64,000 nt of DNA from Candidatus Hydrogenedentota bacterium (GCA_963674865.2 CAXXYE010000009.1:800001-864000), one strand, 5' to 3'; positions 11,248-21,222 are shown, counted from the first letter of the stretch. Numbers and translations are program-made. The notes: generated from the letters alone by a model not told the origin.

Positions 11248-12978
11248 ATGAGCGATGTACCTTCGGAAAAATGGCGCGATCCGCTGATTTGCCTTGGACT
11301 TGTTGTCGTTGCCCTGTTCGCTTACTGGGAAGTCCAAGACAACCAATTCGTCAACTACGATGACAACAGCGCCGTAACCGAGAACCCGTATGTATTGCAG
11401 GGGCTGACGCGCGATAACCTCGTGGTCGCGCTCACGGACGTTGCATGGCACCAGCTCTGGGCGCCGCTGGACTGGTTGTCGCAGATGACCGTCGTCGAGT
11501 TATTCGGCCTCAATCCCCGTTTCCATCACTTGGCAAATCTCCTCTTGCATCTGGCAAGCACGGCGTGTCTCTTCCTCGCTTTGAAGCGTCTCACGGGATG
11601 CCGCTGGCCGAGCGCTTTTGTTGCCGCTATGTTTGGTGTTCATCCCATCAACGTCGAGCCCGTCGCGTGGATCGCCAGCCGGAAGGATGTGTTGAGCGCG
11701 TTCTTCTTCATCCTGACGCTGCTGGCCTACGGGTGGTACGCCGCGAAGCCTAAGATTAGCCGCTACATGTGCGTTGCCCTGGCGCTGGCCGGGGGATTGG
11801 CGTCGAAATCTATGGTAGTCACGACGCCCTGTGTCCTCTTACTCCTCGATTTCTGGCCTCTCAACCGCACGGGGGGGCAACTGTCGTTCCGAAAGAAGGA
11901 CCTGAAGCGCTACGGGTGGCTCGTGCTTGAGAAGCTGCCTCTCTTCCTTATGGCTGCGGGGGTCATCGTGCTGGCTATGGTGGCCAATGCGTCCGGGCCC
12001 GGGGCGAAAGGCCAAGAGGTGTTTCCTCTCCGGGTACGACTTGCCAATGGCGCCCTTACGCATGTTGAATACCTCCTACGCTTGCTGTGGCCTTCGGGTT
12101 ACTCAGTGCATTACCCGCTGGATCCGGCGGCAATCTCCTATGGGAAGGCATGGCTGGCGGGGCTACTGCTTGTCGGCATCACAGCGCTGGCCTTCTGGCA
12201 GATGAAGCGGCGCCCTTACGTGCTCGTGGGGTGGCTGTGGTTCTTGGGCATGCTCGCGCCGGTAAACGGGCTGGTGCAGCAGGTCGGCGCCACTTTCAGG
12301 ATGGCGCTCAAATACATGTACCTCCCGTCCATTGGCCTCTTCGTCATCATTGCGTGGGGGGCCTCGGATCTGACGCGTACGTGGCGTCATCGTAGACTCG
12401 TTCTGGGACTGGCGGCGGCAGCGCTCGTGGCGAGTCTGTCCGTGTGCACCATGTTTGAGGTCCTTCATTGGCGCAACAGCAAGACGCTCATGATGCACGC
12501 CCTCCGCGCCACACCCGAGAGCTACGTCGCCCACAACTGCCTTGCCCAGGTACTTCTCGCGGAGGGTAACTTGGACGAGGCCGAATACCATTACCGGGAG
12601 GCTTTGCGGATACGGCCGAACAACCGATCGAGCGTGAGCAACTACGGCCTCTTGCTGCTATTGCAGGGGAAGTACGGCGAGGCCGAAACGTGGTACCGGC
12701 GCTTGATTCAACGCTCTCCTAACTTCGGCACCGCCTACTACAACCTTGCTCAGGCGCTTAAAGGCCAAGGCAAATTCGCTGAGGCGATCGCGGCCTGCCG
12801 GATGGCCGTCGAAAAGGAAGCCGATCCGAGAGACGCCAAGTCGCTTTTGCAGGAGCTTGAGGCGCTTAGGACGGGGGCCGGCCCGAAGGGGCCGTCACGC
12901 GGCGGGGAGGTCCTCAGGGGCGGTGCGGGGCACGGCGCGGAGTTCGCGCCAAGCGCGAGGCAAGAGGAAGATTCCTAG
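11248..12978 (+). CDS. TMTC-like GT-C membrane protein with C-terminal TPRs (putative protein O-glycosyltransferase)
   Basis: FVNYDD, FHHLANLLLH, HPINVEPVAWIASRKDVL, SKSMVVT.P, YMYLP, WRNS..L, followed by TPR repeats. Confidence 0.85.
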   Translation: MSDVPSEKWRDPLICLGLVVVALFAYWEVQDNQFVNYDDNSAVTENPYVLQGLTRDNLVVALTDVAWHQLWAPLDWLSQMTVVELFGLNPRFHHLANLLLHLASTACLFLALKRLTGCRWPSAFVAAMFGVHPINVEPVAWIASRKDVLSAFFFILTLLAYGWYAAKPKISRYMCVALALAGGLASKSMVVTTPCVLLLLDFWPLNRTGGQLSFRKKDLKRYGWLVLEKLPLFLMAAGVIVLAMVANASGPGAKGQEVFPLRVRLANGALTHVEYLLRLLWPSGYSVHYPLDPAAISYGKAWLAGLLLVGITALAFWQMKRRPYVLVGWLWFLGMLAPVNGLVQQVGATFRMALKYMYLPSIGLFVIIAWGASDLTRTWRHRRLVLGLAAAALVASLSVCTMFEVLHWRNSKTLMMHALRATPESYVAHNCLAQVLLAEGNLDEAEYHYREALRIRPNNRSSVSNYGLLLLLQGKYGEAETWYRRLIQRSPNFGTAYYNLAQALKGQGKFAEAIAACRMAVEKEADPRDAKSLLQELEALRTGAGPKGPSRGGEVLRGGAGHGAEFAPSARQEEDS

Positions 12979-14004
12979 AATAGACGTGCCGAAGTTGTCC
13001 GCGGGATGGGCTATCAGCGCGAAGGCAACCGCGCTATTGCGGTCGATTCCGGGATTGCACAGGTACAGGGCGACGATGCACAGGGCGTGATATGTCCCGA
13101 TGGCGCTCGGCGCGGAGGGAAGCAGGTATCCCAGCGAGGTCAGGGCCGTCATCGTGGCGGCCGTCAGCCACGCGTGCGGCGCGTCAAGGCCGAGCGACAG
13201 AAGCATCGGCACGGGGGCCGCGACGAACAGCGCCCAGCAGACAAACGAGACGGCCTGAGCTCCCCAGAAACGCTGCGCCTTGCCCACCACTTCCATGCCC
13301 AAACCCACTTGCGCGAGGATACGATCTAGATGCGTGGCAAGGCGTTGGGAGAAGCGTCCCAGCATGCGGACGACGCGTTGGCGCACGGGCTCATGCCAGC
13401 GGTACATGGCGGCAAGGGCGGCCGCAATGAACACAATGCCTGCCGCGAATACGGCGACGGCGGCGTTCATTTGTCCCACCGAGACGGACACTGGCGCGTC
13501 GAAAGCGCTATCCAGATGGGCCGCCGTGCCCGCGTCAACCGGCACGAGGGCCGCCACCAGCGCGGCCAGGCTCAACAGAGGCAGGAAGTCCTGCAGCCGG
13601 CTCAATACTACGGACACGACGGTTCGCGTGAACGCAAGGCCGGCATCCCGTGCCAGGAGGTACGTCCTCAGAAACTCGCCCCCACGCATGGGCAGGAGGC
13701 AGTTGGCGAGGTATCCCAGGCAAAGGGCCTTGCCGGCCCGTCCGAAGGTGGCTCCCGGCGCGTGGCCAAGCAGCAGTTGCCATTGGACAGCCCGGAAGGG
13801 AATAGCCAGGTTGAAAATCGCGATTGTGGCGACAATCGACCACGGGGAGATGGTGCCGAAGATGCGGAGAATCTCTCGATAGTCCGCGCCACGGAAGAAC
13901 CATGCGAGCAGGAGGACACTGATCAGCAGGCCGACCAAGCGCCTTGCCCACACATGGAGCCCGCCCGGCCCGGGGCGCCTCGTCTCGGGCGGCGGCACGC
14001 TCAT
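12895..14004 (-). CDS. Lysylphosphatidylglycerol-synthase TM domain / flippase-like membrane protein (UPF0104)
   Basis: RAVQWQLLL, GYLANCLLPMRGGEFLR, SVVLSRLQD and LPSAPSAIGTYH family motifs. Confidence 0.88.
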   Translation of the reverse strand: MSVPPPETRRPGPGGLHVWARRLVGLLISVLLLAWFFRGADYREILRIFGTISPWSIVATIAIFNLAIPFRAVQWQLLLGHAPGATFGRAGKALCLGYLANCLLPMRGGEFLRTYLLARDAGLAFTRTVVSVVLSRLQDFLPLLSLAALVAALVPVDAGTAAHLDSAFDAPVSVSVGQMNAAVAVFAAGIVFIAAALAAMYRWHEPVRQRVVRMLGRFSQRLATHLDRILAQVGLGMEVVGKAQRFWGAQAVSFVCWALFVAAPVPMLLSLGLDAPHAWLTAATMTALTSLGYLLPSAPSAIGTYHALCIVALYLCNPGIDRNSAVAFALIAHPADNFGTSILGIFLLPRAWRELRAVPRTAPEDLPAA

Positions 14005-15170
14005 GGCGCCGCCGCATTGAGCGCGTCGGCAACGCGCGCGATCTCCGCCTCGGAGATGTCTTCGTACATAGGAAGCGCAATAGCCCGGCGGAAGAGGCCG
14101 GCCATATTCGGGCAGTCGCGATAGCTCAGCAGCGCGGCGCAGTCGTCCGCGATTTCATCTTCTACCGCCGCGTCGATCCCGCGCATGAGCAGCTTCTTGC
14201 GGATGGGCGCGGCCGGGCCGGGCAGGATGGCCACGAAGAAGTACCAGGTCGGTGTGCATCCCTCAGGTGTCTGTTGAACGCGAATGCCCGGCTTCAGCAT
14301 CGAGCAGAGCAACTCGGCCTTCTCGGCGCGCCGTTGGATTCGCTCCGGCAGGGATGCGAGCTTGTCCAGTCCCGTGCTTGCCTGGACACCGGAATAGCGA
14401 ATGTTCTTCGGCGGGGAGGCGCCCATGCGCCGGTAGAGCCTCTCCGCTCGGGCCTTCCAGCGGGGACTTGCGAGGAGACACAGGAATGGGAAGGCCAGTC
14501 CCGACGAGAACAGCAGCCTCTCCAGTCTTACATTTCGCATCTTCTTGAGCATCGGGCCGAAGTCTTGAGCGTCGCTTGCCGTCTTCTCGCGGACGTATCG
14601 CGCCAGGTCGGATACGGAAGTACACACGGCGCCCCCGCCGAAGGTGTTCACGGGCTTGGTGGTCTCGAAGCTCAGGAAACCGGCGTAGCCGTAGGATCCC
14701 GTCTGACGGCCCCCGGCCGTCGCCCCCAGAGAGTGTGCGCAGTCTTCCACGAGGGGGATGCCACGCTGATCGGCGATGGCGACGACTTGTTCGATGGCGC
14801 AGGGAACACCGAAGGGATGCAAGGCAATAATCGCCTTGGTGCTGGGGGTGATACGTCCCTCGACCGCCTCCGGCAGGATTCCGAAGGTCTCAGGATCGAT
14901 GTCGGCGGGAACTACTTTCGCGCCTGTTCGTTGTATCAGCGGCACGAGGTCTTTCAGTGTATAGGCTGGGATGATGACCTCGTGCCCCTCTCCGAGGCTG
15001 AGGTGCTCGAGAATGAGCGTCATGGCGCGGCGCCCGGAATTGACGACTGCCGCCTCACCCACGCCGACGTAGGCTGCGAGCGCTTCTTCCCATTCGACGA
15101 CGGCCTCATCGCCCGGCGGCTGGGCCTGCCGGGATAGCCGGGTGATTTCACCGGATTCGTTCGGGGCCAT
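14001..15170 (-). CDS. DegT/DnrJ/EryC1/StrS family PLP-dependent aminotransferase
   Basis: VNSGRRA, IIPAYT, EDCAHSLGA and SFETTK (PLP lysine) GGG. Start trimmed to MAPNES. Confidence 0.9.
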   Translation of the reverse strand: MAPNESGEITRLSRQAQPPGDEAVVEWEEALAAYVGVGEAAVVNSGRRAMTLILEHLSLGEGHEVIIPAYTLKDLVPLIQRTGAKVVPADIDPETFGILPEAVEGRITPSTKAIIALHPFGVPCAIEQVVAIADQRGIPLVEDCAHSLGATAGGRQTGSYGYAGFLSFETTKPVNTFGGGAVCTSVSDLARYVREKTASDAQDFGPMLKKMRNVRLERLLFSSGLAFPFLCLLASPRWKARAERLYRRMGASPPKNIRYSGVQASTGLDKLASLPERIQRRAEKAELLCSMLKPGIRVQQTPEGCTPTWYFFVAILPGPAAPIRKKLLMRGIDAAVEDEIADDCAALLSYRDCPNMAGLFRRAIALPMYEDISEAEIARVADALNAAAP

Positions 15171-15190
15171 ATACGCCCTGCGCCGCGGGA

Positions 15191-16324
15191 TCAAGATCGG
15201 CCCTTCCCGAAATAGAATCCCATATCCCGCCATGTTCGCAGCATTTCGCGCAGAAGCCCTCGAGGCGTGAGCCGCAGGCTCAGTTCGGTGTTCGTAGTAT
15301 CCCAGCAATCCCGGCTGCACGTGGCGACCCGCTTGCGCATCTCGTGGAACTCAGGGCTGCGCCAAATGGCTTCGAGCGGCTGAGCGCGCACCGAGAAGGA
15401 ACCCTCCATATCGCAGCACGGGGTCACCATGCCGGTTGGATTGATGGCGCAAGCGGCGTAACCGGCATAGCATCGGAATCGCCTCGGCTCAGTATATAGT
15501 CTGGTGATGCCTGTCAGAAACATGCTCGACGTGGTCCGCAGGCGCGTCTTCGCGGCCGCCTCCGCCAACTTGGCTACCTCGGCGTCCAGTTCAGCGATGC
15601 GCGCCTCATCGAAAAGGAGGTCGGCGAACTCTTCGAGGGCTTTGTTCTTGTGCTGCAGGTTCGTGTGAATGGGCGCGAACTTGATCTGATGAGCCCCCAG
15701 GCTCTCGGCAAAGGGGATCATCTTGTGCATATCGCGGAAGTTCTCAGCGCAGATCAGCGTGTTGATGCCCACCTGTACATCCGGCGCCCGCTCGCGAAGG
15801 AGCCGGATGCCCGCCACCGCGCGGTCGAACGTGCCCTCGCCTCGCAGGTTATCGTGGATGTGTCTGTCGGGGCTCTCGAGTGAGATCGACACCGTGCCGA
15901 CGCCGGAATCGCGCAATTCGTCCACTTTCGCTTCGTTCAGGATAGTGCCATTCGTGCAGACGTGAACGGACATGCCGAAGTCGGCCGCGTAGCGCGTCAA
16001 TTCGAAGACGTCCGGGCGAAGCAGCACCTCGCCTCCCGTGAAGGAGCATAGAAAAACACCCAGTTCAGCCCCGGAAGCGATTACCGTCTTCCATTCGTCC
16101 GTGGTGAGTTCCTCGGTGGACTTGGGGGCCTCGTGTTCCCACACGCCGCACATGCGGCACCGGAGATTGCAGCGGTTCGTTACGAATAAGAGAATTATCG
16201 GCAAGTACTTGGGCGGTCTGCCGAGGTAGCGGTTGAGGCACACGTTCGCCACGCGCCACGCGTGTTGAGTCATCAGAAGCGGGCGGGAGGAGGCTGGCCG
16301 TGCTGGCTTGGGTGTAGACCGCAT
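15191..16324 (-). CDS. Radical SAM protein with SPASM/Twitch domain
   Basis: TNRCNLRCRMC, FTGGEVLLR, CTNG, and C-terminal CYAG..INPTGMVTPC...CSRDC. Start uncertain (16447-16273). Confidence 0.92.
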   Translation of the reverse strand: MRSTPKPARPASSRPLLMTQHAWRVANVCLNRYLGRPPKYLPIILLFVTNRCNLRCRMCGVWEHEAPKSTEELTTDEWKTVIASGAELGVFLCSFTGGEVLLRPDVFELTRYAADFGMSVHVCTNGTILNEAKVDELRDSGVGTVSISLESPDRHIHDNLRGEGTFDRAVAGIRLLRERAPDVQVGINTLICAENFRDMHKMIPFAESLGAHQIKFAPIHTNLQHKNKALEEFADLLFDEARIAELDAEVAKLAEAAAKTRLRTTSSMFLTGITRLYTEPRRFRCYAGYAACAINPTGMVTPCCDMEGSFSVRAQPLEAIWRSPEFHEMRKRVATCSRDCWDTTNTELSLRLTPRGLLREMLRTWRDMGFYFGKGRS

Positions 16325-16545
16325 TTCAAATACCTGCCGAGTGTCACGGGCCTCAATATCGAACAAGGCGGGGATCGGCGGGACACTCCTTCTGGCTACT
16401 GATACCACGTTTTCTTTGCGGCGGTCAAACATCCCCGTCTCCCGCAAAGGGCGCCGGCGCAGCCGAAGAGGCGCGCGAGCCCGCTCGAATTGCGGGAATT
16501 CCTTTGCTATCCTCGCGCCTACACAACTTTGGGAGGGATGTCCCG

Positions 16546-18567
16546 GTGGTTCTGTCTCTTATTGTCATCTCTTGCGTTAGCCTCGATGGCCTTGCGGGCG
16601 ACCTCGTCGTACTCGAATCCGGGGGCGAGGTCGAGTCCGGGGCGATGATGGACACGTACCTTTCCCGCCTGACGCACGGCGCCCTCGACGAGCGCGCCGA
16701 GCGATGCGCGGCCATCCGCACTCGCGCAAGTTTCATGCGCCATCAGCGGCGCATGCGCCGGTTCTTCGACGAGCAACTTGGCGGATTTCCCGAGCGGACG
16801 CCCCTCAACGCGCGCATCGTGGGCGGCGAGGAGCGTGATGGATTCCGATTCGAGAAGATTATCTACGAGAGCCGGCCCGGGTTCTTCGTCACAGCGCTCC
16901 TCTTCCTGCCGCTGTCGGCGCCGCCCTATCCGGGCGTGCTGGTGCCGTGCGGCCACAGTATGAACGGGAAGGCCTGCGAGCCTTACCAGCGCGCGTGCAT
17001 GTTTCTGGCGCGATCGGATATCGCCGCGCTGTGCTACGATCCCATCGGGCAGGGGGAGCGCCACCAGATTCTCGATAGCGACGGGAAGCCGCGTTTCGGG
17101 CCGACGCTCGAGCACACGCTGACGGGCGTGGGATGCATCATGCTCGGCGCCAACGCCGCCACGTATCGTATCTGGGACGGGATCCGCAGCATCGACTACC
17201 TTGCCAGCCGCGTCGATATCATTCCCGAGCGCATCGGCTGCACGGGGAACTCGGGCGGCGGAACGCTCACGAGCTACATCATGGCGCTGGATCCGCGAGT
17301 TCAATGCGCGGCGCCCAGTTGCTACCTGACGAGCCTCCGGCGGCTTGTGGATACGGCGGGGATGCAGGATGCCGAGCAGAACATCGCCGGGCAGATCGCC
17401 CGCGGCATGGATCATGCGGATTACATCCTTATGCGGGCGCCGAAGCCTACGCTTATCTGCGCGGCCAAGCAGGATTTCTTCGATATTTGCGGCACCAGGG
17501 AGACCTTTGAAGAGGCAAGGCGATTCTACGGCCTACTCGACTATCCCGAGCGTTTGGCGATGGTCGAGGCGGACGCCAGGCACGGATTCAGCGCCACTCT
17601 TCGCGCGGGGATGGTCGCGTGGATGCGCCGGTGGCTGCTGGACACCGAGGAGCCCGTCGAGGAGGCGGAGATCCCCATACTGACGGATGCCGAAGCGCAA
17701 TGCGCCCCGGGAGGCGAGGTACTTCTTATGGAGGGGGCGCGTTCGGTATTTGATATCAACGCCGACCTGGAGAGGCGGTGGTCGGCGACGCGGCAGAATC
17801 TATGGAGCACGCCCGGCAGGCGGCGGGCGCTTGGGAAGGTGCGGAAGGTTGCCGGCATACGCCCGCTGCGGTGTCTGCCGAAGCTGGAGTGCGAGGCGGC
17901 CGGTTCCGTGAGCCGGGGCAGCTACCGCATCGACAAGTTGCTCCTACGCCCCGAGCCGGGGATCATACTCCCCGCTCTCATGTTCAGCCGCCCGGGCGTC
18001 CCCGACAACAAGGTATGCCTCTATCTGCACGGCGAGGGAAAACACGTGGACGGCCGGCCGGGCGGCCCCATCGAGCGGCTCGTCCGCGCGGGATACTGCG
18101 TCCTGGCCGTCGACCTGCGCGGCATCGGCGAGACGGAGTCCACCAGAGGCACCGGCGACTGGGCTGCATACTGCGGAGCGGACTGGCAGGACTTCTTCCA
18201 GGCCTACGTGCTCGGGAAGTCCTATGTCGGTATGCGGGCCGAGGATATCCTTGTTTGCGCGCGGTACCTCCGCCACCGCGCCCCGACGATGGACGGGGTG
18301 CATCTGGTGGCCATCGGGGAGGCGGCCGTTCCGGCGCTTCACGCCGCCGCCCTCGAGCCCGATCTCTTCACCTCGGCGAGGCTCGAGCAGTGCATCACGT
18401 CCTGGGCCGATGTTGTCCGCACGCCCATCACGCGCAACCAGCTCATCAACACCATCCACGGCGTACTGCGCGTCTACGACCTGCCCGACCTTATCGCCTG
18501 CCTCCCGCCAGGGAAAGTCCAGATTGGGAGCCCGGCGCCGCGGGGAACAGGCGACGTAAGTAGCTAA
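16546..18567 (+). CDS. Secreted two-domain alpha/beta hydrolase (acetyl-xylan-esterase-like)
   Basis: FEKIIYESRPG, CGHS, YDPIGQGER, nucleophile elbow GNSGGG and QDAEQ; second degenerate hydrolase domain (DLRGIGET). GTG 16546 has GGAGG 9 nt upstream. Confidence 0.85.
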   Translation: MVLSLIVISCVSLDGLAGDLVVLESGGEVESGAMMDTYLSRLTHGALDERAERCAAIRTRASFMRHQRRMRRFFDEQLGGFPERTPLNARIVGGEERDGFRFEKIIYESRPGFFVTALLFLPLSAPPYPGVLVPCGHSMNGKACEPYQRACMFLARSDIAALCYDPIGQGERHQILDSDGKPRFGPTLEHTLTGVGCIMLGANAATYRIWDGIRSIDYLASRVDIIPERIGCTGNSGGGTLTSYIMALDPRVQCAAPSCYLTSLRRLVDTAGMQDAEQNIAGQIARGMDHADYILMRAPKPTLICAAKQDFFDICGTRETFEEARRFYGLLDYPERLAMVEADARHGFSATLRAGMVAWMRRWLLDTEEPVEEAEIPILTDAEAQCAPGGEVLLMEGARSVFDINADLERRWSATRQNLWSTPGRRRALGKVRKVAGIRPLRCLPKLECEAAGSVSRGSYRIDKLLLRPEPGIILPALMFSRPGVPDNKVCLYLHGEGKHVDGRPGGPIERLVRAGYCVLAVDLRGIGETESTRGTGDWAAYCGADWQDFFQAYVLGKSYVGMRAEDILVCARYLRHRAPTMDGVHLVAIGEAAVPALHAAALEPDLFTSARLEQCITSWADVVRTPITRNQLINTIHGVLRVYDLPDLIACLPPGKVQIGSPAPRGTGDVSS

Positions 18568-18769
18568 TATGACTTGCTTTCGTGAAGTCACCGTGCCGCT
18601 TGAGAGTCCCTGTTAACGGCAAAGGACATCAAAGCAGACAGCCAACAGTGAGATCACTCTTGAAACTGCCGGCAGGTGTCTTTACGATGGCGAACAGGTC
18701 GTTCGGCCGGGGTGCGGGCCGACTCATATGGAAGGATTTGGAAGGGCTCTCTCTTTCTGCAAGGAGATA

Positions 18770-21106
18770 ATGATGAGAAGTTGTATCCCTCTGTCTCTAA
18801 TCGTGGTTGTTGTTCTTTCCGTGGGGTGCCCCCCTCAAGGCGGGTCGGTAACGGTGCCGGATACGGTTGGGCTATCTCGCTACGATGCCGAGAACAGTCT
18901 TGAATCCGCGAATCTGACCTTGGGCGCCGTGACGGAAGTCTATGATTCCAGCGTCCCTCGGTACTACGTAGTGGCACAGAATCCCGCGGCCGGCGCCTCG
19001 GTGAACCAGAATACTTCCGTGGCGCTAACCGTATCGCTGGGCGTAGAGCCTACCGGTGGGGGAGACTTCACACCGGGCACTCGCGTCGAATCCGGGACGT
19101 CGTCCATCGGAACCGCGGGCGGTGACGTCAGCGGCGTCGTGGGGGGCGTGAATGTGACTGCCTCCTTCCCCGATGGCGCCCTGCCGGGCAATGTCGCCGT
19201 CACGTTGGCGGCGGACACCGGCACCGTTACGCCGCTCGAAGGAGAGCCGGGCGAGGCGGTGATCCTCTTGGAGACGCCGGGTGTGTGGTACTTCGATGAG
19301 CCTGTCGAACTGACGTTTGCTCTGTCCGCGGCGAAGGCGGCGGACACCGTGCCCGTGCCGTATCTGATCGACGAGGACGGCGACTGGCACCTCATGGACT
19401 TGGTGGATCTCGATTGGGCGAATCTGACGGCTACGGTGGCTACCTACTGCCCGACGAATGGCTCAACCGACAAGGCCGATAATGGTAGCGCGATCACGTG
19501 GGTGTATGCGGACTTGAGCAAAGCGGATGTGACCTCGTGGGCGACCTTTGTGCCGTTTGTTGACGGATTCGCGATTGGGAATGAGGGCAGCACATGGAAT
19601 CCGAGCGGCGAGTGCCACGGGATGGTGTTGTTTGCCCAATGGTACTGCATGAAGGTGGGCCTTAGCGAGGGCTCCTTCTTCTACCGTTTTCGGGATGCCA
19701 TCGGCACGGATGGGTTGATAGGCCAAGACCTCATCGCCACACGGGCGCAGAACTCCTCGCATGAAGCGTGGGAGCAAGCGAGAACGGAGGCCCTCTGGGG
19801 CCTTTACTCCCGGACGCCGGCGGAACAGGCGACGACGATCTGCAACGCGCTGGCAAATGCGGAGGAGGGCGTGGTGCTTTGCCTCGCCGACGGCAGCAAG
19901 GATTCTCACGCCGTGCTCGCCTACGATGTCGAGACGGATGCCTCGGGAACACATTTCAGTGTCTACGATCCGAACTACCCTTACAATTCCTCGGTGCCGC
20001 TTTCGAGCTGGACTCCTCAGACGATCACATTGAAGGCGTCAACGGGCACATGGGAGCCGTACGGCAAGTACATATGGGTTCTCCTCGCGGGCTCTTACGG
20101 CTCCATGGCGGATCATCTGCGCGAGAACTTCGAGAGCATCCTCGTTGACGCGGAGGACGGCTTCCACGACAGCGCGGACGCTGTCATCGTGGTGACGAGC
20201 CACACCGATGAGGAAATTGTGCTCGATGATACGGTACGCTTCGAAGGATACATCGATAGCGGCGAGGTGCTTGTCGAGGAGGCATGGGTATACGTCTACG
20301 GCGAGGAAGGCTACCGCTGGCGTCAGAAGACGGATATCCCCGCAAATGGGAGTTTCAGTCTCGATATCGCCCTGGCGGAGGGTGAAAACCACATTGTCCT
20401 GATCACCCTCGGCCGCAACGCGGGCGAGCGAAAACTCGTGATTCCCAACAACATGACGCGCAATAAGGAGCCGCATGTGCTCTACTACACGGGCACGCTC
20501 CCACTTGCGGGCACCGTTTCGGAGTTGCGCGGCACGGGAAATCCCCCGATTGCCGGCGCCACCGTCAAGGTATACAAGTCGGACGAGTATATTGCGGGGA
20601 CGGTTACCGACACCGCGACGACAAGCGATACCGGCCAATACGCGTTCCTCGATCTTGAGCCGGGCGAATATGTCGTCACCGCGGAGGCACAGGGGTTTGA
20701 GATCCGTTTGGCCGTCGTGACGGTGGATTCCGACGGCGGTGCGGTGCAGTCGTTTCAGTTGGGCGAGTTCATGGGATGCTATACGACGGGCACCTGGGGC
20801 TTTGAAGCGCCTACCACAGGCTCATGGCCCGACCTCTCCTACTCCCTGAGCGGCGGATATTGGCAGGGAAGCGACAGCATTCACCGCGCCTGCGATTACT
20901 ACACCGAGAGTGGCTGGTTCACGATGACGTGGTGGACGGACATGAGCCGGACCTCCGTGGCGAAGAGCTTCCGCGGCGTATGCAATAGCGAAGACGGCCC
21001 GATCTCGGGCACCTACATCGCACACGTCCGCGGGATTGTGGAGTCCGAGGACTCCCGCAAGAGCGTCACGAGGGAGGAATTCGACGCGGTCGTAACCAGT
21101 TGGTGA
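18770..21106 (+). CDS. PASTA-domain lipoprotein with ZU5-like, putative papain-like, Ig-like and carboxypeptidase-regulatory-like domains
   Basis: AAGGAG RBS; lipobox LSVG-C; PASTA VPDTVGLS...QNPAAG...LTVSLG; GECHGM / HAVLAY / YDPNYP; PIAGATVKV...GQYAFLDLEPGEYVVTAEAQGF. Confidence 0.75.
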   Translation: MMRSCIPLSLIVVVVLSVGCPPQGGSVTVPDTVGLSRYDAENSLESANLTLGAVTEVYDSSVPRYYVVAQNPAAGASVNQNTSVALTVSLGVEPTGGGDFTPGTRVESGTSSIGTAGGDVSGVVGGVNVTASFPDGALPGNVAVTLAADTGTVTPLEGEPGEAVILLETPGVWYFDEPVELTFALSAAKAADTVPVPYLIDEDGDWHLMDLVDLDWANLTATVATYCPTNGSTDKADNGSAITWVYADLSKADVTSWATFVPFVDGFAIGNEGSTWNPSGECHGMVLFAQWYCMKVGLSEGSFFYRFRDAIGTDGLIGQDLIATRAQNSSHEAWEQARTEALWGLYSRTPAEQATTICNALANAEEGVVLCLADGSKDSHAVLAYDVETDASGTHFSVYDPNYPYNSSVPLSSWTPQTITLKASTGTWEPYGKYIWVLLAGSYGSMADHLRENFESILVDAEDGFHDSADAVIVVTSHTDEEIVLDDTVRFEGYIDSGEVLVEEAWVYVYGEEGYRWRQKTDIPANGSFSLDIALAEGENHIVLITLGRNAGERKLVIPNNMTRNKEPHVLYYTGTLPLAGTVSELRGTGNPPIAGATVKVYKSDEYIAGTVTDTATTSDTGQYAFLDLEPGEYVVTAEAQGFEIRLAVVTVDSDGGAVQSFQLGEFMGCYTTGTWGFEAPTTGSWPDLSYSLSGGYWQGSDSIHRACDYYTESGWFTMTWWTDMSRTSVAKSFRGVCNSEDGPISGTYIAHVRGIVESEDSRKSVTREEFDAVVTSW

Positions 21107-21151
21107 GCCGATAAGACACCACGAGCGTCAGCAGATTCTGGCAGCCATGCT

Positions 21152-21208
21152 GATCCCGGAACGGGCGTTGCTTTGTTCCGGGATCTCGATGCGAGCGTCA
21201 CGCTCGCG
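21152..21208. terminator. Tandem hairpins between convergent genes (probable terminator)
   Basis: gatcccggaac...gttccgggatc (11-bp stem) followed by gcgagcg-tca-cgctcgc. Confidence 0.5.
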
Positions 21209-21222
21209 GTGAAATGTCCTGG

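Noticed and set aside
11068..11451. N-terminal extension of the B12 radical SAM ORF given in the track
   Set aside because: It overlaps the divergent GT-C gene, and family similarity starts at MDSRKH (11067).
16538..16650. Alternative frame MSRWFCLLLSSLALASMALRA that looks like a signal peptide, suggesting a frameshifted esterase start
   Set aside because: Its ATG is 1 nt from the SD. The in-frame GTG at 16546 has proper spacing and its own hydrophobic N-terminus.
18568..18730. Several short hairpins upstream of the PASTA gene (possible c-di-GMP riboswitch)
   Set aside because: No GGCAAAC...GAAA...GACGCAAAGC consensus; the stems are short and expected at this GC content.
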